Source of the DNA: Chitinophagaceae bacterium
Lineage (GTDB): Bacteria > Bacteroidota > Bacteroidia > Chitinophagales > UBA10324
Direction of reading: 5' to 3'
NCBI GenBank assembly: GCA_947474435.1
Contig: CANJII010000008.1
Span: forward strand, 139 to 64,138
DNA length: 64,000 bases
Below the pieces are notes generated by a model, which was given only the letters and a program-made list of their open reading frames with translations, searched no databases and was not told where the DNA came from. Every line of letters begins with the position of its first letter. The stretch's first letter is position 1. This document shows positions 1 to 10,455 of this stretch, in pieces. The position numbers were made by a program, and so were the translations under genes.

Positions 1-1055
1 AACACCAATCCATCCCATATTCCATCACGCTCCGGTATGTGGCCCTTCACAGCAATGCCTCCTGATTCTTCGCCACCAACAAGTACATCTTCATGCACCA
101 TTTTTTCGCTGATGTATTTGAAACCAATCTTTGTGACTTCAACAGGAATATTATACTTCGCACACAACTTGCGTACTTTCTCTGAAACAGAAAACGCAAT
201 AACAACCTTACCAGTCATCTTTTTATACTGCGACAAATAATGGATCAATAAAAGAATGATGTGATGAGCATCTACGAAATTTCCATCCTCATCATACATA
301 CCTATTCTGTCCGCATCACCATCTGTAGCCAAACCGGTGAGTTTTCCTTTTGCTGATTTAATGGTTCGAGCCAACTCCTGTAAATTTCTGTCGAGTGGTT
401 CAGGCGGAGTTCCCTTAAATGATGGATTAAAATCGCAATGCAATAACAAAGGCGCTGTTAAAATCTGAGGAATAACATTTTGCCCTGCGCCATACATGGC
501 ATCATAAGCCAGATGAATTTCACTTTCATTAATTGCTTTAAGATCGAAGCCATTCTTTACCTGTTCAATGTAATTTCCTTCGAGGTTCACATATTCAATC
601 AAACCTTTTACAATATATGATTCAATCGAATCTTTTACTTCAATAGTAGTTTCAGGAATTAAATCTTCCACTTGTTGAATCACATCAGGTGAAGATGGTC
701 CGCCATGATTTCCTTTTAATTTAAAACCATTATAAGTAGGAGGGTTATGGCTTGCTGTAATTACCACACCTAACCCAACTTTGTATTGCACGCATCCTAA
801 AGAAACCATTGGAGTACTTGCAAAACTTTTTGCCAGATAAACTTTGATGCCTTCGCTGCAAAAAACTTTCGCAGCAGTTTCTGAAAATAACTGACCACCA
901 AACCGGCAATCATAACCAATCACTACCGATTTGTTTTCCGCGTTTTTATTTATCCAGTCAGCGGTAGCTTTACAAACACGAGCAACATTTGCAACAGTAT
1001 AATCTTTTGCAATAATTGCGCGCCATCCATCAGTTCCGAATTTTATTATATCCAT
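1..1055 (-). CDS. Phosphoglucomutase/phosphomannomutase family protein (5' part; 3' end runs off the window)
   Basis: Absent from the ORF track because it has no in-window stop. Manual translation from the ATG (complement of 1053-1055) gives MDIIKFGTDGWRAIIAKDYTVANVARV...VVITASHNPPTYNGFKLKG, with the phosphoserine loop TASHNP. The frame stays open at the window edge (GHIPERDGIWDGLV). Confidence 0.85.
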   Translation of the reverse strand, partial: MDIIKFGTDGWRAIIAKDYTVANVARVCKATADWINKNAENKSVVIGYDCRFGGQLFSETAAKVFCSEGIKVYLAKSFASTPMVSLGCVQYKVGLGVVITASHNPPTYNGFKLKGNHGGPSSPDVIQQVEDLIPETTIEVKDSIESYIVKGLIEYVNLEGNYIEQVKNGFDLKAINESEIHLAYDAMYGAGQNVIPQILTAPLLLHCDFNPSFKGTPPEPLDRNLQELARTIKSAKGKLTGLATDGDADRIGMYDEDGNFVDAHHIILLLIHYLSQYKKMTGKVVIAFSVSEKVRKLCAKYNIPVEVTKIGFKYISEKMVHEDVLVGGEESGGIAVKGHIPERDGIWDGLV

Positions 1056-1185
1056 CCTTTGTTTTTGAGTCGACGAAAATAAGTTGCGTCTTTTATGTTT
1101 TGCGCTTCGTTCATTATTTAATATTGATAAAATTGTCATTCACTTACTATTTGTTTTCTTCGCGCTTTCTATATTGAACTGATTA

Positions 1186-2478
1186 ATGAAGCCGACAAAA
1201 AATTTTATTGAAGAATTAAGGTGGCGCGGAATGTTGCAGGACATTATGCCCGGTGCTGTGGAACTATTAAATACGGAATGCATTTCAGGTTATGCGGGCT
1301 TTGACCCAACTGCTGATTCATTGGGAATCGGGAATCTGGTGCCTATCATGTTGTTAAAACATTTTCAGTTGTGCGGTCATAAACCAATTGCTGTTGTTGG
1401 TGGTGCAACCGGAATGATTGGAGACCCATCGGGTAAATCGGCAGAACGGAATTTATTAAGTGAAGAAATTATTCAGCACAATCTGAATTGCCAGCGTGTG
1501 CAGTTGGAAAAGTTTTTAGATTTTTCTGCCGGACCATCGCAAGCTGAAATTCTGAATAACATTTATTGGTATAAAAATTTTGGGTACATACAATTCCTGC
1601 GCGATGTTGGAAAACATTTATCCATCAATTACATGCTGGCGAAAGATTCGGTGCAGGGGAGAATGGAAACCGGAATCTCGTACACTGAATTCTCGTATCA
1701 GATTTTGCAGGGATATGATTTCTACTGGTTGTACACGCATTACAATTGTAAATTGCAAATGGGCGGCAGCGATCAGTGGGGAAACATGACTACAGGAACC
1801 GAACTTATTCGCAGGATGGCTTCGGGAAATGAAGCATTTGCGTTCACCTGTCCGTTGGTTACAAAAGCGGATGGAACAAAATTCGGGAAAACAGAAAGCG
1901 GAAACATTTGGTTAGACGCAAAGAAAACTTCACCCTATAAATTTTATCAGTTCTGGTTGAATGCGGCTGATGCTGATGCAGGCCGTTACATCCGGATTTT
2001 TACATTGTTGAATAAAGATGAAATTGAAGTCATAGAACAAATTCACAATGCTGAACCGCACAAAAGGATTTTGCAAAAGAAATTAGCTGAGGAGATTACC
2101 ACATTCGTTCATTCAAAAGACGATTTGCTTTCAGCCATTAAAGCTTCTGATATTTTATTCGGACAATCAACTGCTGATTCGTTAAAGACTTTAAGCGATC
2201 GTGATTTTACTGAAATATTTGAAGGAGTACCAACTAAAACGATTTCAAAATCTTTACTTGAAAACGGAATTGGTATTATGAATTTACTGGTTGATCAAAC
2301 ACAGTTTTTTCCATCTAATGGCGAAGCAAAAAGAACTTTGGCGGGTAAAGGTTTCAGCATAAATAAAACAGTGATTGATTCAACCGAACATAAAATCGGA
2401 ATGAATGATCTGATTAATAATAAATACCTGTTGCTGCAAAAAGGCAAGAAGAATTATTTTTTAGTTGTGGTGGAGTAA
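1186..2478 (+). CDS. tyrS: Tyrosine--tRNA ligase (non-canonical HIGH motif, see findings)
   Basis: 430 aa. Full-length TyrRS pattern: GFDPTADSL.., GGATGMIGDPSGKS, QMGGSDQWGN, KFGKTESG (KMSKS equivalent) and a C-terminal S4-like domain. Confidence 0.93.
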   Translation: MKPTKNFIEELRWRGMLQDIMPGAVELLNTECISGYAGFDPTADSLGIGNLVPIMLLKHFQLCGHKPIAVVGGATGMIGDPSGKSAERNLLSEEIIQHNLNCQRVQLEKFLDFSAGPSQAEILNNIYWYKNFGYIQFLRDVGKHLSINYMLAKDSVQGRMETGISYTEFSYQILQGYDFYWLYTHYNCKLQMGGSDQWGNMTTGTELIRRMASGNEAFAFTCPLVTKADGTKFGKTESGNIWLDAKKTSPYKFYQFWLNAADADAGRYIRIFTLLNKDEIEVIEQIHNAEPHKRILQKKLAEEITTFVHSKDDLLSAIKASDILFGQSTADSLKTLSDRDFTEIFEGVPTKTISKSLLENGIGIMNLLVDQTQFFPSNGEAKRTLAGKGFSINKTVIDSTEHKIGMNDLINNKYLLLQKGKKNYFLVVVE

Positions 2479-2601
2479 GAATGGAAAATAAGAATCCCTC
2501 AGCTTGAAAAAACTTTAGTGTTAATTTGTAATTCAAAATTTATTTTGCAATCAGAAATAAAAACAACGAACCTTCATTTTAAAAAAATTAAAACAAATAC
2601 C

Positions 2602-3099
2602 ATGAAAAAAAACATTTTCACTTCGCTTATTTTTTCTGCTGCTTTGGTGGTTTTCACTTCAGCCACTGCTCAGCAAACAAAACAAACGACCCCAACCGAC
2701 CAAAATTCAAAAGTTAAAAAGGAAACAACCACCGTTTCGCCAACGGGAGCAGGTGATACAAAGCCTACACTTTCAGATAATCAAAGCAATCTGACTTCAA
2801 AGGAATATGGTGTTAAAATAAATGAGTGGATGAAAACCAACATCGGAACCGATGACCAGCAGGGTGGCAGAATAAATGTTGCAGCATCTAATTTAATTAC
2901 AAAAATCCGTGATATCAGAAATACCACATCCGACATGGAAACACGGAAAGTGCAAATACATGAAGCCATGCAAAACTACAATGCACAGCTAAAAAGTGTG
3001 TTGAAGCCTGAACAGTTTGAAATTTACAAATCAAAAAAACAAGAGTTGATTAGTACCTTCAAAGAAATGAAGGACGAATCTGCAACAGGAACAGAATAA
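2602..3099 (+). CDS. Secreted hypothetical protein
   Basis: The track ORF 2518..3099 was trimmed to the internal ATG at 2602, which starts a signal peptide (MKKNIFTSLIFSAALVVFTSATAQQ). No family recognised. Confidence 0.55.
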   Translation: MKKNIFTSLIFSAALVVFTSATAQQTKQTTPTDQNSKVKKETTTVSPTGAGDTKPTLSDNQSNLTSKEYGVKINEWMKTNIGTDDQQGGRINVAASNLITKIRDIRNTTSDMETRKVQIHEAMQNYNAQLKSVLKPEQFEIYKSKKQELISTFKEMKDESATGTE

Positions 3100-3121
3100 T
3101 TGAGTTTCATTAAAAAAATTA

Positions 3122-3157
3122 AATCCCGGTTTTTAAAACAAGCCGGGATTTTTTTTG
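3122..3157 (+). terminator. Rho-independent terminator
   Basis: Hairpin AATCCCGG-N13-CCGGGATT followed by a T-run, 23 nt after the stop at 3099. Confidence 0.7.
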
Positions 3158-3332
3158 CTTTAAAAAAATATACTTCATCGATATCTGATAAAAGGATTCT
3201 TGCTATATACACTTAAGCCAAATTTTATAAGGGTTTTGAGCAGTGCTTTCCGCAGTGTTGTAATTCGCCTTTCTGATTTTATTGCTTCACAAATTTCTGC
3301 ACTGCAGTTGTGCCATCACTCAATTGCACTTT

Positions 3333-5054
3333 TTAAAAATAAACACCGGTAGCGAGTGCACTCAAATCAATTTCAAAACTGTTATTGCGGTTTCTGTAAT
3401 CAGTGCGTGGCAATCTCAACATTTGTACTCCTAACAAATTTGAAACAACAACTTCCTCAATGTCATTCTGAGCCTGTCGAAGAATTATAGTTACAGTTTC
3501 GTTTGCCGGATTAGGATAAATCTGTAATCTGTAATCAGCAATCTGTAATTCATTTGTCCTTGTATAATTCACACACAGTGTTGTATCACTGCAACTTCCA
3601 TTTGTAATTATTGCTGCATAGTTACCTGCTGAACTTGGAATGAATGTGTTGTCTGTTGCTCCACTTATTTGTTGATTACTGTTACAATCATACCACTGCA
3701 CTGCCCCATTCCCGCTTACTGTTAAAGTATCATTTGAAATACTGATAGCAGGATTAAGCTGCGTAACATTTAAAATAAGTGTTACAATAGAATCTATTCC
3801 TGCATTTGCTGCAAGTGTGTCGTTATAGATGCCAGACACACTAAGTTGTGTTCCATTAAAATCATAATTATCTCCTTCACAAATTCCTACAGTAATACTG
3901 TCTGTTACAAATAAATATGTTGGATCATAGCGTGCTACGAAACCTGCATATACATATGGAGTATCTCCTATAAATCTAAATTTTCCTCCAGTATAAAGGA
4001 AATTATTATAATAAGCAAAATCAGAAATAGGAAAAGCACCTGCAGAAAGTGGTCCCATACCTGTGGGATGCCATATTGTATCATTATAAGTAGTAACAAA
4101 ATCCCAAGGGAAATTTAAAAAACTTGCACCTGAACCTACAAAAAGCAAATGACTAAAGACCTTTAGGTTTGATACACCAACAAATGAATTGCTAACTACT
4201 AACCAATTTGTACCATCCCAATACAGTAAATCATTACCTAATGTAAATCCAGTGCCCCCTGAATAAAGTTTCCCATCATAAGACATTACAGTTTTTACGA
4301 AATCACTATAATCCCATTGTATACCGATTCCACTTCCAATTGGCATCCATTGACTTCCATTCCACTCCGCAATATTTTTACAATAGGTTCCATCTATATA
4401 TTCAAAAAAACCTCCGGCAATTAAATGATCATTATGAACACACAATGCATTGATCTCACCCCCATCATTCCCTTGCCCAATAGGAACAAAGTCGGTCCCA
4501 TTCCACTTTGCCATTCCATTGAGAGCAATTGTAGGATTACTCATTCCATATGGTTTGTAATTTGTAAAATTTCCTGCTACATACAGTGTGTCGTGATAAA
4601 TTTCCATTGCATTAATCCGATCATCAAATGTTCCGATAATGCTATACTTCATACTATCAACATCGTAAGAATATAAACGCCATCGAGTAAATATGTTTTG
4701 AATTTTATCGGCAGCAAAGAGATACTTACCTTGAAACATAATAGAACTGCTAATCTCGGCATCAAATCCATAATCCACAGTATCTCCTATTGGAGTGACC
4801 AATTCTAAAGGGTGCCAATTGACACTATCCCACCAAGCAATATTATGAACGGAATCCCCACTTGCTATCTGAAAACTACCAGCTACCCACAGACGATCAT
4901 GAATGCTATCATTGCAAAGTGTATTAGCCCGGTCATAAATTTGATTGGTGCCAACTAAACCTGAATCCAACGGAAACCATGATTGTGCTGAGCAATCAAG
5001 TGTAACCAGAAGACCAAATAAAAAGATAATTTGCAATTTCGATTTTTTATTCAT
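3333..5054 (-). CDS. Secreted repeat protein (beta-propeller-like W/G-rich repeats) with a T9SS C-terminal sorting domain cut short by an in-frame TAA
   Basis: 573 aa. Signal peptide MNKKSKLQIIFLFGLLVTLDCSAQ. CTD start IYPNPANETVTI. The ORF stops at ..LATGVYF*, and the next 17 in-frame codons (3282-3332) read KVQLSDGTTAVQKFVKQ, the expected last CTD strands. Confidence 0.7.
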   Translation of the reverse strand: MNKKSKLQIIFLFGLLVTLDCSAQSWFPLDSGLVGTNQIYDRANTLCNDSIHDRLWVAGSFQIASGDSVHNIAWWDSVNWHPLELVTPIGDTVDYGFDAEISSSIMFQGKYLFAADKIQNIFTRWRLYSYDVDSMKYSIIGTFDDRINAMEIYHDTLYVAGNFTNYKPYGMSNPTIALNGMAKWNGTDFVPIGQGNDGGEINALCVHNDHLIAGGFFEYIDGTYCKNIAEWNGSQWMPIGSGIGIQWDYSDFVKTVMSYDGKLYSGGTGFTLGNDLLYWDGTNWLVVSNSFVGVSNLKVFSHLLFVGSGASFLNFPWDFVTTYNDTIWHPTGMGPLSAGAFPISDFAYYNNFLYTGGKFRFIGDTPYVYAGFVARYDPTYLFVTDSITVGICEGDNYDFNGTQLSVSGIYNDTLAANAGIDSIVTLILNVTQLNPAISISNDTLTVSGNGAVQWYDCNSNQQISGATDNTFIPSSAGNYAAIITNGSCSDTTLCVNYTRTNELQIADYRLQIYPNPANETVTIILRQAQNDIEEVVVSNLLGVQMLRLPRTDYRNRNNSFEIDLSALATGVYF

Positions 5055-5247
5055 TTTCGCTCTTGTTGGTGTTCCAAATTTTCATCGCTAAACAAATATA
5101 ATCATCTCAAGCACGGGTCAGGTTTTTTGACCAACACGATTTTTTTATGCTGATGAATTTTCCTTCCCTTGCAGGTTGCTGCTTTAATAGATTTCAGTTT
5201 AACTCCCTTTGGTGTTTTAAATTATTTTTGACCGAATTAAAAATTTC

Positions 5248-6315
5248 ATGAAAACCCGAATATTAATTACCGGAGGGGCAGGATTTGTTGGTAGCTCGTT
5301 GGCCATTGCTTTTCGAAATAAGTATCCTGAGTATGAAATTATTTGTTTCGATAATTTAAGAAGAAAAGGAAGTGAGTTAAATCTCAATCGTTTTATTAAT
5401 GCCGGAATTCGTTTTGTTCATGGCGATATCAGAAATAAGGAAGACTTTCAATCAATAGGTGCAGTTGATGCAGTGATTGAATGTTCCGCTGAACCATCAG
5501 TACTTGCCGGAATAAATTCAACCGTTGATTATTTGTTAAACACTAATCTGGTTGGCACTATTAATTGTCTGGAGTTTGCAAAAAATAATAAGGCATCTTT
5601 TATTTTTCTATCCACCAGTCGGGTTTATCCCATTGAGCCGATAGAACAATTGTTGTTTACTGAAGCAGAAAACCGGTTTGAGTTAACCGACATACAGGAT
5701 ATTCCCGGTGTTTCATCAAAAGGTATTGCAGAGAATTTTCCGATTGATGGCTACCGTTCATTTTATGGCGCATCGAAACTTTCTTCTGAATTATTGATAA
5801 CTGAGTACAACCATTTCTATGGTTTAAAATCAGTGATTAATCGTTGTGGTGTTTTAACCGGACCGTGGCAAATGGGCAAAGTTGATCAGGGAGTTGTGGT
5901 TCTGTGGTTGGCTAAACATTTCTGGAAAAAGAAATTGTCATACATCGGTTATGGAGGTGAGGGCAAGCAGGTTCGCGATATGCTGCATGTGAAAGATTTG
6001 TTCCGGTTGGTTGATTGGGAATTGCACAATCTTGATAAAGTAAATGGAATGACTTTGAATGCAGGTGGAGGCAGAGAGGTGAGTGTATCGTTAAAAGAAC
6101 TGACAGCAATGTGTCAGGAGATTACAGGAAATATAATTCCAATTGATTCGGTGCCTGAGAACCGCCAAGCCGATATTCGTATTTACCTCACTGATAATTC
6201 TAAGATTACAAAAATTACAGGATGGAAACCAACAATTAGTTCGAAAGAGATACTGGATGATATTTACTTTTGGCTCCGCGAAAATCAACAAGCATTAGAA
6301 CCCATACTTTCATGA
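5248..6315 (+). CDS. NAD-dependent epimerase/dehydratase (extended SDR; CDP-paratose 2-epimerase-like)
   Basis: 355 aa. Rossmann motif [13 protein letters not shown], then [12 protein letters not shown] and HGDIRN, with YGASK as the YxxxK catalytic motif. Confidence 0.8.
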   Translation: MKTRILITGGAGFVGSSLAIAFRNKYPEYEIICFDNLRRKGSELNLNRFINAGIRFVHGDIRNKEDFQSIGAVDAVIECSAEPSVLAGINSTVDYLLNTNLVGTINCLEFAKNNKASFIFLSTSRVYPIEPIEQLLFTEAENRFELTDIQDIPGVSSKGIAENFPIDGYRSFYGASKLSSELLITEYNHFYGLKSVINRCGVLTGPWQMGKVDQGVVVLWLAKHFWKKKLSYIGYGGEGKQVRDMLHVKDLFRLVDWELHNLDKVNGMTLNAGGGREVSVSLKELTAMCQEITGNIIPIDSVPENRQADIRIYLTDNSKITKITGWKPTISSKEILDDIYFWLRENQQALEPILS

Positions 6316-7373
6316 AAATAGCTTTAGTAACAGGATCGGCAGGATTAATTGGCAGTGAATCAGTTGAATTTTTATCAGCAAAATTTGATAAGATAATCGG
6401 CATTGATAATAATCTGCGGCAATATTTTTTTGGTAAGGAAGCTTCCACCGAATGGAATGAAAAAAGATTGGAAAGCACATTCGGAAATTACATTCATTAC
6501 AATGCCGATATCAGAGATACAGCAGCGCTGGAGAAAATATTTAAAGAATACGGAACTGATATTTCGTTAATCATTCACACAGCCGCGCAACCAAGTCACG
6601 ATTGGGCAGCCAAAGAACCGTTCACTGATTTTACGGTGAATGCAAACGGAACTTTAAACATGCTGGAGATGACACGGCTTCACTGCCCGAAAGCAGTTTT
6701 TATTTTTACTTCAACCAATAAAGTGTATGGCGATAATCCTAATTATCTTCCATTGATTGAAACAGAAACACGGTGGGAAATTGCTGAAACTCATCCCTAC
6801 TTCAAGGAGGGAATAGATGAACAAATGAGTATTGATCATACCAAGCACTCGTTGTTTGGTGCATCAAAAGTTGCTGCTGATATTCTGGTGCAGGAGTATG
6901 GAAAATATTTTGAAATGAATACCGGAGTTTTTCGTGGCGGATGCTTAACAGGTCCTAATCACAGCGGAACCCAGTTGCATGGATTTCTTGCGTACCTAAT
7001 GAAGTGTGCAATAACAGGAAGTGCATACACCATTTTTGGTTACAAGGGCAAGCAGGTGCGCGATAACATTCACAGTTTTGATCTGGTAAATATGTTCTGG
7101 CATTATTATCAAAACCCAAAACAAGGTGAAGCATACAACGCCGGTGGCGGACGATTTGCAAATTGTTCCATGATGGAGGCGATAAAAATCTGTGAAGAAA
7201 TTTCAGGCAAAAAAATTAATATCACTTACTCTGATACCAATCGCATTGGTGATCATATCTGGTACATCAGTGATGTTTCAAAATTTAAAAACCAGTATCC
7301 CGAGTGGAACTGGAAATACAATTTGCAGGATACGCTTGAACAGATATTTTCTTCTATCAAACAGCGGGTGTGA
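6312..7373 (+). CDS. NAD-dependent epimerase/dehydratase (extended SDR), second copy
   Basis: The track ORF 6270..7373 was trimmed to the ATG at 6312 ([18 protein letters not shown]). This gives an ATGA overlap with the upstream stop. FGASK is the YxxxK-like motif. Confidence 0.78.
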   Translation: MKIALVTGSAGLIGSESVEFLSAKFDKIIGIDNNLRQYFFGKEASTEWNEKRLESTFGNYIHYNADIRDTAALEKIFKEYGTDISLIIHTAAQPSHDWAAKEPFTDFTVNANGTLNMLEMTRLHCPKAVFIFTSTNKVYGDNPNYLPLIETETRWEIAETHPYFKEGIDEQMSIDHTKHSLFGASKVAADILVQEYGKYFEMNTGVFRGGCLTGPNHSGTQLHGFLAYLMKCAITGSAYTIFGYKGKQVRDNIHSFDLVNMFWHYYQNPKQGEAYNAGGGRFANCSMMEAIKICEEISGKKINITYSDTNRIGDHIWYISDVSKFKNQYPEWNWKYNLQDTLEQIFSSIKQRV

Positions 7374-8482
7374 GAAAATTTGCTGCTTTTAAAAGCAATT
7401 TATTTAAGCTGATTGATAAACCTTCTGACTTTTATTTCATACTGATTTGTTATTTCACCACACTGATTTTCTTCTTCCCTAATCTGTCGTTTATTAATTC
7501 TAATTCCAAAGGAAATAAGTTTATTGACAGACAAATAGAAGAAGTTTTTTTTCAGGTTGATTCAGCAGTTTATCCTGAAATGATGCATGAAGCAAAATGC
7601 ACTTTCAGAATTACTGTTCCGCTCATTGGTAAATTGCTTCATACTTCAGCGGCAGGATTGATTTATTTTCAATTTGTTATTTACCTTTTATTTCTTGTGA
7701 TTTTATACAGGTTGTTAAACAGATTAATTGAATTAAAAACAATTTCAAGACTTTTAGTTTTATCGTTTTGCTTCACTTATGTCGGGAAATCTTTTTTTTA
7801 TGTAACTCCGTTTTTTGATTGCTATGCGTATTTATTTTTAGTACTGACATTTTATTTTTCAAACCCCTTTGTGTTGTTTGGTTTATGTATCGCGGCATTT
7901 TTTACTGATGAAAGGGCAGCGATTGCAATTCTGTTTTCAATGCTGTGGCATTCAAAAGAAAGTATTCCTGATTCTTTAAAAGGAATTTTTAAATTCAGAC
8001 CAACATTAAGCAGTGTGAGTTTATTATTTGGGTTATTAATCTCTCTTGCCTTGCGATTTTTTTTAACTGAAAAATACAATGTTCAGGTTACCTGGTCTAT
8101 GGTTGGAATATCTGCTTTGATCAACAATAAAAATTTTATTCCATTCGTATCGCTGCTGGCTTTTGAAGGTTTTTGGTGGTTATTGATAATGAATTTCTTC
8201 ACCTCAAAAAAAATATTGACCCTGTTAAATTTCAGTTTGGTAGCATTGATTTTTATCGGAACTTTTATTGTTTATGATTTAACCCGATCAATCACTTACG
8301 GTTTTCCGGCAATATTTATTTCACTGTATATTTTCAAAAATGATTTTTCAGTCAATGCGTTAAAATCAATTTCATTATTGATTCTTGCATCGTGTATTTT
8401 AATCCCAACTTATAGTGTCATTAATCCGTCAATCAGTTTTTTGTCACCTGTTTTCACAACCATATTTGATTTTTTAAATTGA
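7370..8482 (+). CDS. Polytopic integral membrane protein, unknown function
   Basis: 370 aa. The GTG start overlaps the upstream TGA (GTGA). About 10 hydrophobic segments are visible by eye. No family recognised. Confidence 0.55.
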   Translation: MRKFAAFKSNLFKLIDKPSDFYFILICYFTTLIFFFPNLSFINSNSKGNKFIDRQIEEVFFQVDSAVYPEMMHEAKCTFRITVPLIGKLLHTSAAGLIYFQFVIYLLFLVILYRLLNRLIELKTISRLLVLSFCFTYVGKSFFYVTPFFDCYAYLFLVLTFYFSNPFVLFGLCIAAFFTDERAAIAILFSMLWHSKESIPDSLKGIFKFRPTLSSVSLLFGLLISLALRFFLTEKYNVQVTWSMVGISALINNKNFIPFVSLLAFEGFWWLLIMNFFTSKKILTLLNFSLVALIFIGTFIVYDLTRSITYGFPAIFISLYIFKNDFSVNALKSISLLILASCILIPTYSVINPSISFLSPVFTTIFDFLN

Positions 8483-8526
8483 TACGATTGCATTGATAGC
8501 AGATCATTGAAAAAAAAGAAAGCAGT

Positions 8527-10293
8527 TTATACAGGCATGGGGCTACCGATTTTTTTTCGTTCGCCAATCTGTTGGCGCCACATGGCATAGTACAATCCTT
8601 TCAGTTCAAGCAATTCAGTATGTTTTCCTGATTCAATAATTTTTCCCTGTTCCAAAACAAAAATGTTATCGGCATGCATGATGGTGCTGAGCCGGTGGGC
8701 AATAAGAATGGTAATGTGTTGCCGCTTATCTGAAATATTTCTGATTGTGGAAGTAATTTCTCCTTCAGTTAATGAATCCAATGAAGAAGTAGCTTCATCA
8801 AACACCATTAAAGTCGGTTTGCGTAAAAGCGCCCTCGCAATAGATAGCCGTTGTTTTTCTCCACCTGATATTTTCATGCCACCTTCCCCGATTACAGTAT
8901 CAAGTCCTTTATCGGCTCGGTTTAATAATGAATGGCATGCTGCTTTTTCCAGCACTTCAATACATGCTTCATCGGTTGCTGCCGGGTTTACAAAAAGTAA
9001 ATTCTCCCGAATGGTACCGCTGAATAACTGACTGTCCTGAGTTACAAAACCAATCTGGCTTCGCAGATCATCAAAATTAATTTTACTGCCTTCAGTTTTA
9101 TTATAATAAATCGTTCCTGCACGCGGACGATACAATCCGACTAACAATTTCACAAGTGTGGTTTTACCACTCCCAGAAGGCCCGACAAATGCAAGCGTAT
9201 CTCCTAAGTTTACATTGAACGAAATATCATTTAAAGCATCCGTATTACTCGATTGATGTTTAAAACTCACTCGATCGAATTGGAGTGACTTTATGCGATC
9301 AATCATTACAGGATGTTCCGGTTTGGGTTCACTTTTTTTATTCATGATTTTAGAAAAATTGCCAAGCGATACTTCTGCTTCACGATACACATTTATGATA
9401 TTTCCTAATTCCTGCAACGGACCAAAAATGAAAAATGAATAAATAAATAAGGATACAAATTGCCCGGGTTGAATTTGCTGCGAAAAAATCAAGTACATCA
9501 TTAATCCGAGAATTGTGGTGCGTAATAAATTTACTATTGTGCCCTGTATGAATGATAAACTTCTGATGTAACGCACTTTCTTTAATTCCAATCCAAGAAT
9601 TTTTCCGGTGGTATTATTCAGCCGTCCAATTTCCTGTTGCGATAATCCTAAACTTTTTACCAGCTCAATGTTGCGCAAACTTTCAGTTGTTGAGCCTGCG
9701 AGAGCGGTTGTTTCACCCACTATTATTTTTTGTATTTTCTTAATTTTTTTACTGAGAACCGAACTGATGATAGCAATAATCGGGATCATTGAAAAATAAA
9801 CAGGTGCAATAATCCAGTTTACATTAATGCAGTAAATAACAACGAAAATTATTCCGACAATGGAAGTGAACAGTACATTGATAAATGCATTCAGTAACCG
9901 TTCAACATCGGTTCTTACTTTTTGAAGAATACCAAGTGTTTCGCCACTTCTTTGATCTTCAAATTCTTCGTAAGGTAATTCCAGTGAATGCTTTATTCCA
10001 TCAGTATACATTTTAGCACCGAGCCGTTGAACAATTACATTGACACAATAATCCTGAAAATTTTTTGCTATTCGGCTTATCATGGCAACACCCATGCTCG
10101 CAATTAATAATAGTCCCACACCTTTAAAAAACTGCGGCATGGTAAAGGAGGAAAATTTTAATGCATAGTTGTCTATTATTTTTCCCAGAATATAGGGATC
10201 GAGCATACTGAAGGTTTGGTTAATGGCCGCCAACAGTAAGGCAAGTATTATAAGAGGGTAGTATGTTTTTAAATAGGAGAAAAGCAGTTTCAT
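8527..10293 (-). CDS. ABC transporter, fused permease/ATP-binding exporter (MsbA/multidrug type)
   Basis: 588 aa. N-terminal 6-TM domain, Walker A GPSGSGKTT, signature ISGGEKQRL and Walker B LMVFDEATS. Confidence 0.9.
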   Translation of the reverse strand: MKLLFSYLKTYYPLIILALLLAAINQTFSMLDPYILGKIIDNYALKFSSFTMPQFFKGVGLLLIASMGVAMISRIAKNFQDYCVNVIVQRLGAKMYTDGIKHSLELPYEEFEDQRSGETLGILQKVRTDVERLLNAFINVLFTSIVGIIFVVIYCINVNWIIAPVYFSMIPIIAIISSVLSKKIKKIQKIIVGETTALAGSTTESLRNIELVKSLGLSQQEIGRLNNTTGKILGLELKKVRYIRSLSFIQGTIVNLLRTTILGLMMYLIFSQQIQPGQFVSLFIYSFFIFGPLQELGNIINVYREAEVSLGNFSKIMNKKSEPKPEHPVMIDRIKSLQFDRVSFKHQSSNTDALNDISFNVNLGDTLAFVGPSGSGKTTLVKLLVGLYRPRAGTIYYNKTEGSKINFDDLRSQIGFVTQDSQLFSGTIRENLLFVNPAATDEACIEVLEKAACHSLLNRADKGLDTVIGEGGMKISGGEKQRLSIARALLRKPTLMVFDEATSSLDSLTEGEITSTIRNISDKRQHITILIAHRLSTIMHADNIFVLEQGKIIESGKHTELLELKGLYYAMWRQQIGERKKIGSPMPV

Positions 10294-10455
10294 TGGGTGA
10301 ACAGTATTGGGGATTATAAATTACTAAATCGGAAAAATTTAAATTGGGCGGTGCAAATTAAAACGAGATTAATGATGAGAAGTGTAATAAAGTTCAGAAC
10401 TCGTTCAACAATCTTTTAATTTAATTCAATTCAATCAAAAGAGCACAGAAGTATC

